Assembly: GCA_003971905.1 (NCBI GenBank)
Contig: RSEE01000052.1
Location: 481,870-501,869, forward strand
Reading direction: 5' to 3'
Length of the DNA stretch: 20,000 nt
Source of the DNA: Moniliella sp. 'wahieum'
Lineage: Eukaryota
Part shown: piece by piece, positions 19,922 to 20,000 of the stretch
Position numbering within the stretch: position 1 is the first letter of the stretch
Layout: each line of letters starts with the position of its first letter
Translations under genes and position numbers: made by a program
Notes under the pieces: model-generated
The model's input: only the letters and a program-made list of their open reading frames with translations
Database searches by the model: none
What the model was told of the DNA's origin: nothing

Positions 19922-19938
19922 TACCCTCGGCTCCCTTC

Positions 19939-20000
19939 TAGGGTTAGGGCGGGTGGGTTGGGTTGGGTTGGGTTGGGTAGGGTTAGGGTTAGGGGTAGGG
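19939..20000 (+). repeat. Probable start of the telomeric tract (degenerate TTAGGG / GGGTT repeats)
   Basis: TAGGGTTAGGGCGGGT(GGGTT)4GGGTAGGGTTAGGGTTAGGGGTAGGG to the window edge. The G-rich strand runs 5'->3' toward the end, the polarity expected for a right chromosome end. Only about 60 bp are visible. Confidence 0.7.

Overview
Eukaryotic, GC-rich fungal genomic DNA that appears to run into a right-hand chromosome end. Short introns with GTAYGT donors and CTRAC-like branch sites, a Zn2Cys6 factor and intron-poor genes suggest a basidiomycete, possibly a smut-like lineage; this taxonomy is inference. Left to right: the 5' part of PAN2 (minus, runs off the window); a divergently transcribed LEU5-type mitochondrial CoA carrier; about 7 kb with no recognisable gene but several clustered short repeats and motifs; a Zn(II)2Cys6 transcription factor; an intron-containing tRNA-Lys(UUU); a DNAJC8/Spf31-like J-domain gene; about 3 kb of unassignable subtelomere; and a 40-bp tandem array flanked on both sides by degenerate TTAGGG-like tracts. 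All four protein genes carry several small frameshifts, most simply explained as unpolished long-read errors, so CDS boundaries are reconstructions. I see no convincing new multi-gene system. The most unusual signals are the telomere-embedded 40-bp array, which has a block-structured 2-nt hairpin-loop inversion, and the motif clusters upstream of the transcription factor.
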